Below, piece by piece: positions 14,225-26,560 of a stretch of DNA of 64,000 nt. Where the stretch lies: contig OX597827.1 of assembly GCA_951406725.2 (NCBI GenBank), forward strand, positions 58,032,001-58,096,000. Reading direction: 5' to 3'. The stretch is from Octopus vulgaris (Eukaryota). A model generated the notes under the pieces. That model worked only from the letters and a program-made list of their open reading frames with translations, was not told where the DNA came from and made no database searches. The position numbers were made by a program, and so were the translations under genes. Every line of letters starts with the position of its first letter. The first letter of the stretch is position 1.

Positions 14225-15074
14225 TGGCGTTTGGGTTAAATTTGATGGTTTTTTTATATCTCCTTTTTTTTTTTAGAAACAGCTTGATGTATTGGAGAGC
14301 ATAAAGACAAAAGCTGTAGTTGTTGAGAAAAAGTTAGCTGACATGGTGGACTCGAAGCCATCTGAATATTGGAAAAGTGTTACCTGTGTCATGATTTGCA
14401 CCAGGTGTCAAAATGCTGACATCATGACAGCTGATTAATGCTCTGGGAATAGTGTCAAAGTAAGACATGACATGGATAGCTGCAATAAAGACTGTAAAGC
14501 TGTGGCCAGCCGGAATGAACACGGTAGGCATTCTAATTGTTTTGCACACTGGAATTCAATCCCACATGCTTGAACAGGGCCTTAGGCATAAATCAGATGG
14601 CTATGTAAAGCTGCTAGAGTGATCAAACCCTGGTTGAAGAAAGAGTTACTGATGGAGGGCCATATGTGTGGCAGCAGGATTTAACTCCTGGTCATACCGC
14701 CAGAAAGAGTCAGAAGTGGTTGCTGGAGAATTTCTATGATTCCACCAGCCCTAATTCCTGGTCTCCAAGTTACCCTGATTGTAATTCCATAGATTACTAT
14801 GTGTGGAGTGTGGTTGAGAAAGACACCAATTGTTCTGCCTGCAACACCGAGACCAAGCTCAAGGAGAGGTTTGAAGATCTGCCCAAGTACACTGTGAGCA
14901 ATATATATACACAGGTTTCAGAGCCTTCTTGAGGCTATGGTGGAAGTTGAGTAAACTGTTATCGCTCAACCGTAATCTAGTTGATAGTTTTTGGCTTTTT
15001 AACATACTTTTACTTTTGGATGGAATACTGTGCTTTCTTTTCCTTTTAAGCTATCAAATTTAGTCTGGACACTA
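14225..15074 (+). mobile_element. maT-family (DD37D) Tc1/mariner relic, internally deleted
   Basis: ORF 14666-14932 (WQQD..PGHTARKSQKWL...WSPSYPDCNSIDYYVWS) has 37 residues between the last two catalytic Asp. Degenerate TIRs share TAAATTTGAT and are flanked by TA. Confidence 0.85.
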
Positions 15075-15450
15075 TACACACACATATGTAAATATATAAA
15101 ACTACAATAACATTAAGCAGTGATTTCATAGTTCATAGACTGTAGTCATGCTGGAGCACCAGCTTGAGAGTTATTAGTCTTTTATCTTGTACTTATTCTT
15201 AGTCTTGTAAGAAACAAAAGGCAAGTTGATTTTAGTGTATGTAAAGAGAGATGATGCAACTGGAACAAAATACAAGATATTTTTGTCCATCACAGTGAAA
15301 CGAATTTATTCACCTCACATTGATATGCACACATACAGATACGATGAAGTTCACTTCTTCTAAATTTCATTCACAAGATATTAGTCAACCAAGATGGTAT
15401 GCAACAGGATCAAACCCACAACCATGTGATTGCAAATTGACGTTCTTTAA

Positions 15451-15642
15451 CCCTTTCATTACCAAACTGGCTCTGAGTACAAATGTCTTGTTTTCATAAG
15501 TTTTGAATTAAAATCTTAGTCACAATTTATGTTCCTAACACTAGCTGAGTGATAACTAAGTTATTTTACGAAATTCTTTGTTATATTTAAATTAATTGAA
15601 AGAAACACAGAGCATCTCAAAATAAATACGGTAACAAAGGGG
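15451..15642. mobile_element. piggyBac-like MITE
   Basis: TTAA|CCCTTTCATTACC ... GGTAACAAAGGGG|TCAA. Confidence 0.7.
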
Positions 15643-17934
15643 TCAATGACAAAGTTATACCGGTTATTCTTTTTTCCATTTCAGGCTTTGGACTGCAGCC
15701 ATGTTGGGGAATCAACTTGAAATGTTTTGTCTCGTACTTATTTTATTGACCTTGTAAGAAATGAAGAGTTAAGATATCTGATATAAAAGGAAACATGTAT
15801 AGCACAAGGCAATTTTGTTTGGTACACCAATTTGGTTCCTTCTGCACTGGGCTTCTCCAGTAGTTGCCTTTGAACATTCCCCATACCATGTTTTGGTAAA
15901 ACAAAGACTTTGGCGGAAGTCACTACATGTAGCAGGGGTTGTTGAAACCAGAATCATATCACTGCAAAATGAACTACTTAAACCAAATAGTCATCCTTGT
16001 GTCCCAATTAAATATGCTTTTTTTTATGTAATAAAACACATTAGTGTTAAGAAACACAGCTATATCATCATCCCTTAAACTAGCTAGAAATATTTAATGT
16101 ATTTGATAGATCAATGAGATTAAATCATTGATGTTGTAGAATGAAAGAAACCCTACCCATCTTAAATAAATTTATGCACGTATTTGCTCACTGAGATTTT
16201 TTTTTCTTTCCATTTTTTCCTTTTGTGTACAATCAATATCTTTCTTTGATAATGAGAACAATGTTCAGAAAGACAGCAGATGCTAATGCTATTACTTTCT
16301 CGGACTGTGCTAATTTCAACTACTATTTGTTTTTCAGTTTATCCGCCTTTGAATTCTGAATCAGTTATTGTATGAAAATATGAGTAATTTCTCTCAAAAT
16401 TTTCACATTACATAATAATAATCATATGCTAATTATACAGATATTATCAGTTAAAAAATGATGAATCAAGCACTGATAAATGAAACTGATTAAAATATAG
16501 GGGAAGATTCTGAGTATAGGCCATAATTTTCCAGTCTAAGATGATTAAGATAAGATGCGGAAAATTTTTAAAAGGGTACACAATTAGACCTCAGTTACCC
16601 AAACAAGTTAGGTAGGGTGTATTTTGTACAGATATTTGGTCTGGTTGTAAACCAAGGACACCACACTGAACATAATTTTCATAAGCATGCATATATACAG
16701 AGTTTGTTGTTTTTTGTACGAGTTTTAAATGCTATACTCCTCCTATACAATCATGTATGTCTTTTCAACGTGATCCAGATGTAAACTTTCATTTTCCTTT
16801 TTACTTGGATTGTTAACGGTGTTCATTTTCTCTTCACAGACATAGTAACAGCAACTTGATTACTTGTAATAGATACATATTCAGAACAAGTTGTAGAGTC
16901 AAAAGGAAACATCACTGATTTAGCCATGCTTTTAAATTTTTCAGCATGTCAATCATTCTTGTGCTAAAATTAATTTCGCACAGTATAAAGTGGCCAACAA
17001 GCTAGTAGGCCTTTGGACACGTTACTTTTAATAACTAAATGAAAGATGCGATTGTCACATCAGTGTCTGTAACAGACCTCTTTGATGTAACATTTTTACA
17101 TGTTCTTCAGTAATTCAAAGTCACTTTTAATTATTGCAGATAAAAGATAAAATGATAGCACCAGCATTAACTGTGAGTTCAGGTTACAAACAATATTGCT
17201 AATTAAATATTCACAGAAACTTGAGATTTTGTTCAGATAGCAGCTCGGAACAAAATCAAGAAAGAATGACAACATCACTGATTTGGGTAGCTGATAATTG
17301 AAGACATCTATTTGGATTAATAGCTGTTTAGATAACCAAGATCTGACTGTTGTTAAAATAGAGAAAATGAAACTAAAATTTAAACTAAGCTGACAAAAGT
17401 TGCTACAAAACCAAAGCAGTATTAGTTTCATTTATTAGAAACATATGAATAAATTTAATATACGTTGTCAAGGCTAAATATATATATAAAAAAAACAGCT
17501 ATACTAAAAGGAAAAAAAATTCTTTGTATAAATTAGATGTGTGTGAACCTAATAAATGAAATAATTTCATTCTAAAGCTGTGACAGTAAGCAGTTCGTTT
17601 CAACAGCCTCAACTCTTGAGACAACAAATACACTGTTTTATCTAAAAACATCCAGAAAACCTAGTTATCAAAAAGAATGACACAAAGCTAGATAAAGACA
17701 CTAAATGTTGATAGTTTCCAGAGAATTGATAAGGAAACTACAAGATACTGTAATTAATTCTTTTATTGTAGGCTAACAACTTTACATTGGTATATTTACT
17801 TAGTAATTTAGTCAGTCAGTGAGCACTTCTACTGTGAAGTTCCTAGAGTTGTACATTATTATACTCAACCAAAGTCAAATAAAAGAAAAATTAAGTTACA
17901 AACTAACAGTTATTTACTTTTACAGTATATCTTA

Positions 17935-18230
17935 GCTTTTACTTGTTTCAGTCATATGACTATGACCATGCTGTGGTACTGCCAGGAAGGATTTAGTTGA
18001 AGGATTTTGCCCCCAGTACATTGCAGGCATGTAAACAAAACAACACTAGTTGTCAAACACTAAGGAAACAAAAGCACAGACATATACAATGTAGCTTCCA
18101 CAGTTTCCATCTGTCAAATTCACTCACAAAGCATTGATCAGCCCAGAGTTATAAGAGAAGACACTTGCCCAAGGTGCTGAGCAGTGGGACTGAACCTGAA
18201 ACCACATAGTTGCAAAACAAGGTTTTCCTA
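17935..18230 (-). mobile_element. SINE family A
   Basis: TTTTACTTGTTTCAGTCAT...ACACTTGCCCAAGGTGC...GGGACTGAACC. Confidence 0.85.
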
Positions 18231-19074
18231 AGCATTAAATATTCATATATCCAAAGGTCTTACATATATTAATAAAGGAAAACTGAAAGAAGAGAATGGC
18301 AGTATTACAAATCACACAGCTGATGAAAGCATCAAATTTACTAGTAAAACTGTGTGAATGATGACAAATTGACAGTTTCAAAGTGCACAGAGTGATTTTT
18401 GTACCAATGTCAATTTTTATGACACCTATATATGTGCAGAACAAAATGTCTAAGTTCAAATCAAGATATGAACAAAATAATTCCCTTAAAATCTAGTAAA
18501 CACTTCCTTTGCAAAGATACAAAAGTTGAACACAGTTATCTCTCGATAAATTTGTGTTCAAACTTCTGTAAAATATGTTTAATTCCACACAAAATAGACA
18601 GTACTGTAAATAGTCAAACAGATCAACAAAACTGATGAACAACCCACATAAGTAACAATGTTACATGCATTAATAGGCTTAAAGAAAGCAGACAGACATC
18701 TAAGAAGAGTTTCTAGAAACAAAAGATAATGCCATTTTCTTTAATAGAATAAGCTGAAGATGAAGAAATGGATATTAGCAGTTGTGTACTGATAACATCA
18801 GTAAAAGTAAACAAAAAAGATTGTTATGCAGTAGGCTGCTAAAATTTAAGAATCTAGTTACAGACTAATGTATTAATGGGAAAATACTATTATACTGAAC
18901 ACTAAAAGACAAAATGCTAAGATAACCACATGAATTCTGAATTTAGAATTTCTTTTTGGCTTCCAAGACAATTTGCTAAATGAATACACAAAAAGCTTAG
19001 TCAGATTTTGAAATCGCTTTGGTTCAGACGAAAGGGCTGAGCCTATAGTCTTAGCAGACCTTCTGATACTGAGG

Positions 19075-19305
19075 TAAGATTAATGAAGTTAAGGTTCCTC
19101 TTGAAGATGTATGAACAAAAGGACTAAAAAACGAGCAGGAGAGAATTCTAAAGAGCAGATGTTCGGAGTGGAGGGAGAGGAAAGTCTAGGTGTAGTGGTT
19201 AGTGTAGAGTATGGAGAAGAGGCTTACATGAGTGATGAGAGAAGCATAGATGGATGAGCGAAGAGGGCTTAAATGGAGATGGTATGAAACCAGCTAGCTC
19301 TGATA
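19075..19305 (-). mobile_element. CR1/L2-group LINE ORF2 3'-end remnant
   Basis: Minus strand gives SELAGFIPSP...RTSAL*NSL...FKRNLN across frameshifts, matching the typical RT..LWN.LP...FK C-terminal signature. Confidence 0.6.
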
Positions 19306-19834
19306 AATACAAATGAATTGCAAAGTACAGCCATTTTGCAAGAGCTTAAAGTATGCCACAATAAAAGAATGTCCACTCAGTTCATATTAAAAACCTATGC
19401 CTACTCAAATACTTCTGTTATCAAGATGATGACTTAAAAAACAAATGCAGAATAATAGCAAGGAATTTTGACAACTGAAATCAGTTCCAACAGATAACAA
19501 TGGATTGTCAACAAAGGAAATACACCAAGTTGAGCTTCATCCAGCAGTAACAGCAGCAGTCCAGGCGATAGGAAAAAAAGCAAGAGTATAGATTTATTGA
19601 ATTTATCATTTGCTTCACAACTGACAAGCAAGATGAAATTGAATGTTTGTGAGTTAAGATCAAAGAATGCTTACACAAGAACAAAATGAGCAAATACTGA
19701 ATGGTGGTAGTCAAGGTGAATACACAAAGCAAAGAAAATGGTGAAAAAGAGAAAGATCAACGGCAAGCGATTTGAGTATATACTATCACACAATATGAGC
19801 ATATACTATCATCAGTCATCATATACAAAGACTT

Positions 19835-20055
19835 GGTTTCAAATTTTGGTACAAGGCCAGCAAGTTTGGGGGTGGGGTGGGGGTACGTAGATTACAGGAG
19901 GGATCCTATTGTTCAACTGGTACTTATTTTATTGACCCTGAAAGGATGTAAGGCAAAGTCACCCTTGGTGGATTTTGAACCGAGAAGGTACAGATGGATG
20001 AAAGGCTGCAAAACATTTTGCCTGGCATGCCAACAATACTGCCAGCTAGCTACCT
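19835..20055 (-). mobile_element. SINE family B
   Basis: Reverse complement of the element at 40548-40770. Confidence 0.8.
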
Positions 20056-20199
20056 CAGTCATCAAATACAAAATATTGAAATTTATTCAAAATAAATAAA
20101 TTTCCAACTTTGAAAAAGAAGGTAGTAAAATTTCTATCAGAACTGGGCATAAATTTATATCCATCTTCACTGACCACTATTCAAGAGAAGATCATGGGA

Positions 20200-20640
20200 A
20201 AAGTCCTCAGACACCGCTTCCATAAGGTCCTATTACACTTTCTGGCTAGATTCCCAAGTATGACCAATTGAGACTATGGATATCATCAAACCATCTTATT
20301 CTACTTCCTAGGTCTCCTGTCAATTGGCTTGGCTTGAAGAATCTGTCGTGCAATTCTTTGCAGCAACATTCTAATCACATGCCCATAGTACAAGAGCTGT
20401 AACTTGTCAATGCAGAGAAGTGGCAGCTCAACTTGGAGAGACATCCTGATCTCTGAGCTACATACCCTGTCAAGTAATGTCACTCCAGAGATCCTTTAGA
20501 GGAACCCCAGTTTTTGCTGCTTGTATTCGTGAACATCTTTCAGTCATTACCTAAAATTAATGACCAATGAATAAGGATAGGCACAAAAACTTAACTGAAA
20601 ACAGTGAGTTTGGCATTTTTGCCAACACTCCTCTTTTGAT
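20200..20640 (-). mobile_element. RTE LINE ORF fragment
   Basis: LDRVCSSEIRMSLQVE...QLLYYGHVIRM...ARQILQAKPIDRRPR, typical of the RTE C-terminal region. Confidence 0.85.
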
Positions 20641-20794
20641 ATTGTTAGACAACATATAATATTGGATTAATTATGTAGAAAATAATATTTTATTTCATAT
20701 ATTTCATTCACTTTATAGGCTAACCGTAACTATACACCAAGCTCTATGCAATCAAATTTTAAGTGAATGTCATTACTTAATTAAAAGAAGGAAA

Positions 20795-21128
20795 AGACCC
20801 CCTTTGGTCATGAACGACCATGAGATTGCACCTAGAAAGTTACCCTCTGAGGTACAAGACTGGGCAAGGTTATTTATGGAAGACCAGCAGTTGCCCAAGT
20901 ATACTAGCCTCTCCTTTTCACACAACTGATGTTACCCAAGGGAAAAAGGAAAAGCTGGTACAGCTAGATACCAGTGATGTCGCAACTCATTTCTACAGCT
21001 GAGTGAACAGGAGCAATGTGAAATATAGTGTCTTGCTGAAGAACACAACACACAATCCGATCCAGGAATCAAACAACTATTCATGATTGTGAGCCCAATG
21101 CTATAACCACCGAGTCATGAGCCTTCAC
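20795..21128 (-). mobile_element. tRNA-derived SINE family C
   Basis: Reverse complement shows a TGACTCGGTGGTTATAGCA A-box head, TTGATTCCTGG B box, and GCAAGACACT...TTCACTCAGCTGTAGAAATGAGT central domain. Confidence 0.75.
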
Positions 21129-21189
21129 CATTGTTTAATTTGTCCTTATTTAATTTCATCTAAATGCCACTGGCTTCATGTACACATAT

Positions 21190-21738
21190 TTGTGGATAGT
21201 TGATGTGGTGCTGATGAAAGAGCAATAACTCTTGAAATATGCATATACACCTATTACCTTTTTTTTCCCCCTATCTTCACTCACACTGTATTCGTTTATG
21301 AAATGTTGTAACTTGCAATGCTGGCTCTGAATTCTATAGGAAACCTACAGAGATAAACTTAAAAGTGAATACTCCACACTACTAACACAAGGTAAGACAA
21401 TATTGACTTGTAAACTTTTAAATATACTTGGTAGTATATTATGTTTGCACAACGAAATACTGTGCCTTTGCCAGCAATTAATATGTATGTACCAGTTGCC
21501 AAGAATGTGTTTAATATGTAAATTAGTCTATCCAATTGTGTTACATCACTAAACTTAGTGGGTATTTAAGCAATGTGTTTGTGGATAGTTGACAGGTTGG
21601 ATGTGGTACTGATGAAAGAGCAGTAACTTTTGAAATATGTATATAAGCCTATTGTTTATTTTTTCTATCTTTGATTGCATTATTTATATAAATGTATTCA
21701 CTTATGAAATATAATTTGTAGTGTTGGCTCTAATTCTA
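21190..21738 (+). mobile_element. Penelope-like pseudo-LTR remnant (two direct repeats, each with a hammerhead motif)
   Basis: Direct repeats at about 21190-21337 and 21579-21738, each with CTGATGA-AAGAG-loop-CTYTT-GAAA-palindrome-TA. Confidence 0.7.
21207..21251 (+). ncRNA. Minimal type I hammerhead ribozyme motif
   Basis: GGTG CTGATGA AAGAG CAATAA CTCTT GAAA TATGCATA TA CACC. Stem I is GGTG/CACC, stem II is AAGAG/CTCTT, and stem III is palindromic. Confidence 0.75.
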
Positions 21739-22100
21739 AAAAACTGATAAAGTCTGATAACACTGAAACCTGTCAATAGTCCCCTTACTAAAGAAAAACC
21801 ATCAAAGTTTATGATTTAATTTAGTAAAGTCTATTCTTGATTTCTCAGAATTATCTCTCCTTTTCTTCGAGAGTTACTATTACCTACCATCAGGATTTTG
21901 TTTTCTTTCTCCAACTTCAAGAGAAATTGAAAAACAACATTCAGTACATTATCTTTATCATATTTTAAATGTGTCTCTAGCCTATTTGGGGTATGTCTCT
22001 TAAATAATTACACTGTGTTACAAAAGCATTATTATTATTATTATGTATTTATTTATTTACTATTTTTGGTCAGTAAGTGTTATGACCTTATTTGCTTCTG

Positions 22101-22460
22101 TCTAGAAATCAAAAGAAATGACAAAACTATTCCCTTCAAACTTTGCTTTTGTGACCAGGACATCAATGTTTTGAAATTGACCTATTTTCCATAAGATTTC
22201 TGACAGATTTAGCGCTAAATTGCTGAAGCAGAAATATTGTTATAGCAAATATTCTTTTCAATACCATGGGTTTGCTTGCCAGTTGCTTGACCTTAATCAC
22301 TCGAGCATGTCCGTTGGTGGCTGACAATATGTGCGCCTCTGATCATGAGCAGCAGTAGTTGGGGAGCATCATAGCAATTGAGAGAGATTCTCTGGGGTTT
22401 GAATAAATGTAACAAAGGCAAAATTTGAAGGAAATATTAGCCATTTTCCATACTTTTTAG
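22101..22460. mobile_element. Non-autonomous DNA element with ~50-bp imperfect inverted ends
   Basis: CCTTCAAACTTTGCTTTTGTGAC versus GTAACAAAGGCAAAATTTGAAGG. Confidence 0.6.
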
Positions 22461-23506
22461 GGGCAAGCAAATATGAAATAACAGTTGCTACCCAAGGACA
22501 AAAATCGTGTGACAGTGTCATTTAAAAAAAAATATTTATGAAACCTCTCTTTGCTATAATAGAATATTATAAGGTTATAAAAGTAAACATTAACCTATAA
22601 TTATATTAAACTAAACCAAATGTAAAAACCAGTAACTCATAAATTTTATAGAAGAATACCTAGCCACAATAGATTAAAACAGTAGACATAAAATAAGACT
22701 GTAATAAACAACCATTTGACCCTGACCTTCAAGAGTGCACACTAAGTGGTACATATGGGTACTTGAATCTGTTTATAGGGGTACTGGTTTAGGAGAGTTT
22801 CAGAAGGCTCACTGGGCACTGGTTTTCTGCGTTTATAAAATTTTGAACTTAAAATGATCAACAAATAATATTTACGACACAACAACTTAAGTTGTTCAAA
22901 AGGTTATTATTATATTTAATACCTTCGTTATTTTAATAAGGATTATTTTCAAACTTCAATATAAATTTTCAAAACTTAAAGCAAACACATTTAGTTTCTT
23001 CTCATCTTGAAATGCGTCTTCTAAATAAGGCTACGGGGTTGTCTCATCTCTACAATATAATTGCGGAATAGTGTGAATTGTTATGTCATGATATAACGTC
23101 ATATAATGAGAAAAAAAGCAGTTGTTTATCGCAGTAACACAGTAACATGATACTAAGATATGTGAAACAGACAGATAAATGGACGAATTTGATGGAAATA
23201 ATAAATAAACTAGTAAATTTTTACCCGAATTTATCACAAACGAACACAAAAATTTAATAAATACTCGATCAATAGCATCTTCCGAAGGTCCTTAATTTTC
23301 AGTAAACAAAGCTATCTTGATACCCTACGTATTTTTTGTTTATTTAAGAAATCGATCATTTGAGTATATACTTTTCAAATTAATTCCAAAGGGTTCGTTA
23401 TAGTAAAAGTCGAAATAAAAGAATATGTAAATATATTTATATACATTAATTTTTTTTAATGTGAACAGTTAGGAATTTAAACAAGCGATCAACAACTAAA
23501 TCGAGT

Positions 23507-23568
<62 letters not shown>

Positions 23569-24287
23569 ATATGCGTATATAATAATGTACAGGCCATTCT
23601 TATAGATAACAATGATTAACAATGGATATTTTGTGACTACTTAATCTCGTGCTCAAACGAATAAAATTATATATTACTACGTAGTAATTATCTTAATATA
23701 AATATAACAAGAACAATTCAAAACAGCTGAAATAATAATCCACAGTGATTCTATTACGGAAAATGTAGAAGATTTAAAATTCATTTTAAAGATCGAGGAG
23801 GGGAAAAAAACGTAACGGTTTCGATATTTCCCACTCTAAATCGTTTAAACTTTAAAGCAACCCCAAATAAAACGGTTATAAAATGAAACTTTGTAAATTA
23901 TCTACGTTAGAATACATTATTTACAATCGATCAGTATTGACAAATTGATATAACGTAATGTTAATTGTTGAGTTGCATCATTATTTTAAATATATCTATA
24001 TTTGAATTCAAATTTACTAAAGCCATAAATCTGATGACAGGAAAGCCAAGAGAAAAAAAAACCTGTGAATTGTTGTCATACCTATCACCCCGTGGGCGAT
24101 CTAACGATCCTATTTGATCACAATCTGACAAGTTATTATACCTCATTAAGTTAAAAAAACGACTACATCTGAACAGATAGATGAATAATATTCATAATTA
24201 AGAGAAATCAATTATATATTGTAGACATTATATATTGAAAACATTAAGTTTCGAACACGAAGGAGAGAGGGGGAAATGACTGGAATA

Positions 24288-24295
24288 ACTTCCGG
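24288..24295 (-). promoter_or_regulatory. ETS/GABP-type site in early REEP intron 1
   Basis: ACTTCCGG (CCGGAAGT on the minus strand) within the CpG-retaining zone. This is a motif match only. Confidence 0.35.
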
Positions 24296-24608
24296 TTGTT
24301 CTCCATTTCATGGCCAAATATGAAGTTTTACGTAGGCGAGGGAAAAAAATCTGTTAAAACTCATTTATAGTCGTGAAAATAGCTTAAATTTTATATTCTC
24401 TAATAAGAAAAAACTTCCTGAAAATATTTCGCTGACCAGTTAGTTGGAAAAAGTGTTTCCCGACGGCCGTTAATTAGATGGTAATTGCTTGATCCTTAAG
24501 TCTATAAGAACAACACTTCTCAAAAAATATATATATATTAAAAAAAGGGATTTGGGTTAGACAGCGTTATACAATAAAGAATAGATAAATAAGGCGTTAT
24601 TTACTTAC

Positions 24609-24640
24609 ATAACTATACGAGATATTAAACTGGATACCAT
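24609..24640 (-). CDS. REEP: First coding exon of a REEP1-4 family (receptor expression-enhancing, ER-shaping) gene
   Basis: Minus strand reads ATG GTA TCC AGT TTA ATA TCT CGT ATA GTT AT|GTAAGT = MVSSLISRIV plus 2 nt. This matches the REEP1-4 N-terminus (MVSWIISRLVV / MVSWMISRAVV). It has a consensus donor, and the 32-nt phase-2 exon matches vertebrate REEP exon 1 as I recall it. It lies next to KDM3, as in vertebrates. Exon 2 was not found in the window. Confidence 0.88.
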
Positions 24641-25706
24641 ATCCACACACTACACGCAACTAAAGTAATTTTACGCCACGATCAACGGATCTGATTTAGT
24701 CTTTTCCTTTGAAAGTAAGGAGCTTCACAAACAATCTTTATGCATTACATGGCGGCTAATCGCTGACGTCATTATCATATGACAAAACGCCGCAGATTCA
24801 CTTGTCAAAAAAAAAACTCAACTAAGTATTTAGTTTCGCATTGTAAACAAATCGCTTATTAAATACATGTTAACGCAATATTATTTGAAATGAATTATAC
24901 AATGAAATAGTTTTCATATAGAAGCTGAAAGAGGCTTTGTAAAAATGTCGTCTGCTCGTTTAATTTTTTTTTTTTTTCCTTTCGACTTTCAATTCCCGAT
25001 TTGAATGCATTTCGTGATTCTTTATTAATCAAATAAGTTGCAGATGCATAAATTCATAAAAACGTTTAAATTTCTGGAATTTAACTAGTAAAGTTTCTAA
25101 TATTCAAAACCAGATTAAAATAAAATGCCATTTTTTCTTTCTTTTTCCTTTTTATTTTAAATGTTGCACGTAGAACTATTTGCAGAAGTGTATGCGGAAT
25201 GATTTGAAGTGGTGATAAAGCTTGTTACACTTCTGCTAACATGCTGATAACATTGAAACCATATCACATTCACACTAACGCAAACCGCATGTGTTTTCTT
25301 TTATTTCTCTGGAAATTTTCTTATTTACTCAGTGCTATTTATTAATTTATTTCTGTGATATTTAAGAAATCGACTAATCAACTGTGAAATGATTATATTT
25401 GATATTTGCTTTTTTTTTTTCAAACTGATATAGAATAATTTTCTCGTTTGTATTTGTATAAAATTTGCTGATAGAATGCAAAAGAATTTATAACAATAGC
25501 AAAAAAGCAATGTTATTGTAGCTTTAATCTATTTGGACCGTCGCGGAGACCATTTCTAACTTGACCTCGTGACCGCCCCACTTTCAGTATATTCCTACAC
25601 CCCATAACATTACGCGAAAGACATTCCATGAGATTTAATGTAATGTGTGTGTTTTGCTGAGCTGATGGCGAAAAAAAAACCGCACCATGGATATATAACG
25701 TAAGAA
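24641..25706. promoter_or_regulatory. Bidirectional promoter and 5' UTRs between REEP and KDM3
   Basis: 1066 bp between divergent ATGs, rich in CpG and free of recognisable SINEs. Motifs: YY1-like ATGGCGGC (24749-24756), CRE palindrome TGACGTCA (24764-24771), GC box CCGCCC (25573-25578), Inr-like TCAGT (25584-25588). Confidence 0.8.
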
Positions 25707-25862
25707 ATGGCGTATAAATACCGGGAAGAAATTGTCGGGAAAAGATTTTTGTATGTTTCTGGTCCTGGAAAATTAAAACTTGCGAAAATTTCTGACTGGG
25801 AATGGCGGTCTGGTGTGGTTCGAGCTGTTTCTGGCAAGGATACGACTAACGTAGAACTCTCT
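25707..25862 (+). CDS. JMJD1C: First coding exon of a KDM3/JMJD1C-family JmjC histone H3K9 demethylase
   Basis: Translates to MAYKYREEIVGKRFLYVSGPGKLKLAKISDWEWRSGVVRAVSGKDTTNVELS, followed by a GTAAGT donor at 25863 (phase 0). It resembles the human JMJD1C N-terminus (MAVETRAELVGKRFLCV...WRAGVIRAVSHRDSRNPDLA). The expected next exon (xxVEFD..W...W) was not seen. Confidence 0.92.
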
Positions 25863-26254
25863 GTAAGTGATGAAAAAAAATGTTATTGTTTTATTTTAGA
25901 AAGTCCATAAGGAATGCATGCTTTCGTTGTTGTATTAAAAAAAATATATATATATATACATATATATATATATTGTTCTGATTTTTATTTTATATGATAT
26001 TAGTTTCTCTAAAGTTTTCTGCTAATTCTCTGTGGATTTTTTTTTTTTTCGTTTTTTTTAGAAGATTAACTGTAAATGTTAGCAATAATCGAGTTTTGCA
26101 AAAAATAAAGAAAGAATTAAGTAACAAAACTCCCCGCACATTCACACACATACATATATACATACACACGCTCTGCATCTCTATTATATGTGCATGCATA
26201 TGCACATATATCCACATATGCTATGCATTCATGTAAATAAGAAAAGCTTCATGT

Positions 26255-26560
26255 TATGTATGTATATGTATATATGTGTATGCTAATGTATGTATATATA
26301 TGTGTGTGTGTATGAATGGATGTATATATATATATATATATACATGTGTATATGTTTGTGTATAAACGAGTATATGTGTGTATGAATGGATGTGTGTGTG
26401 TATATATGTGTATGTATTAATGTATATATATATATGTACATATGTGTATATATATCCACATGTGTGTATGCATGTATAGCTACATGTGTACATATGTATT
26501 TATATGTCTACTTGTCAATGTATATAAATATACATGCATATATATTTATATAATACACAC
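26255..26560. repeat. Degenerate (TA)/(TG) microsatellite
   Basis: Seen directly. Confidence 0.9.

Noticed and set aside
17096-17431. 111-aa minus-strand ORF
   Set aside because: Hydrophobic AT-rich translation with no recognisable motif or splice signals.
25863-25910. ORF-track extension of the KDM3 exon (VSDEKKCYCFILESP)
   Set aside because: It lies past the GTAAGT donor and is intron read-through.
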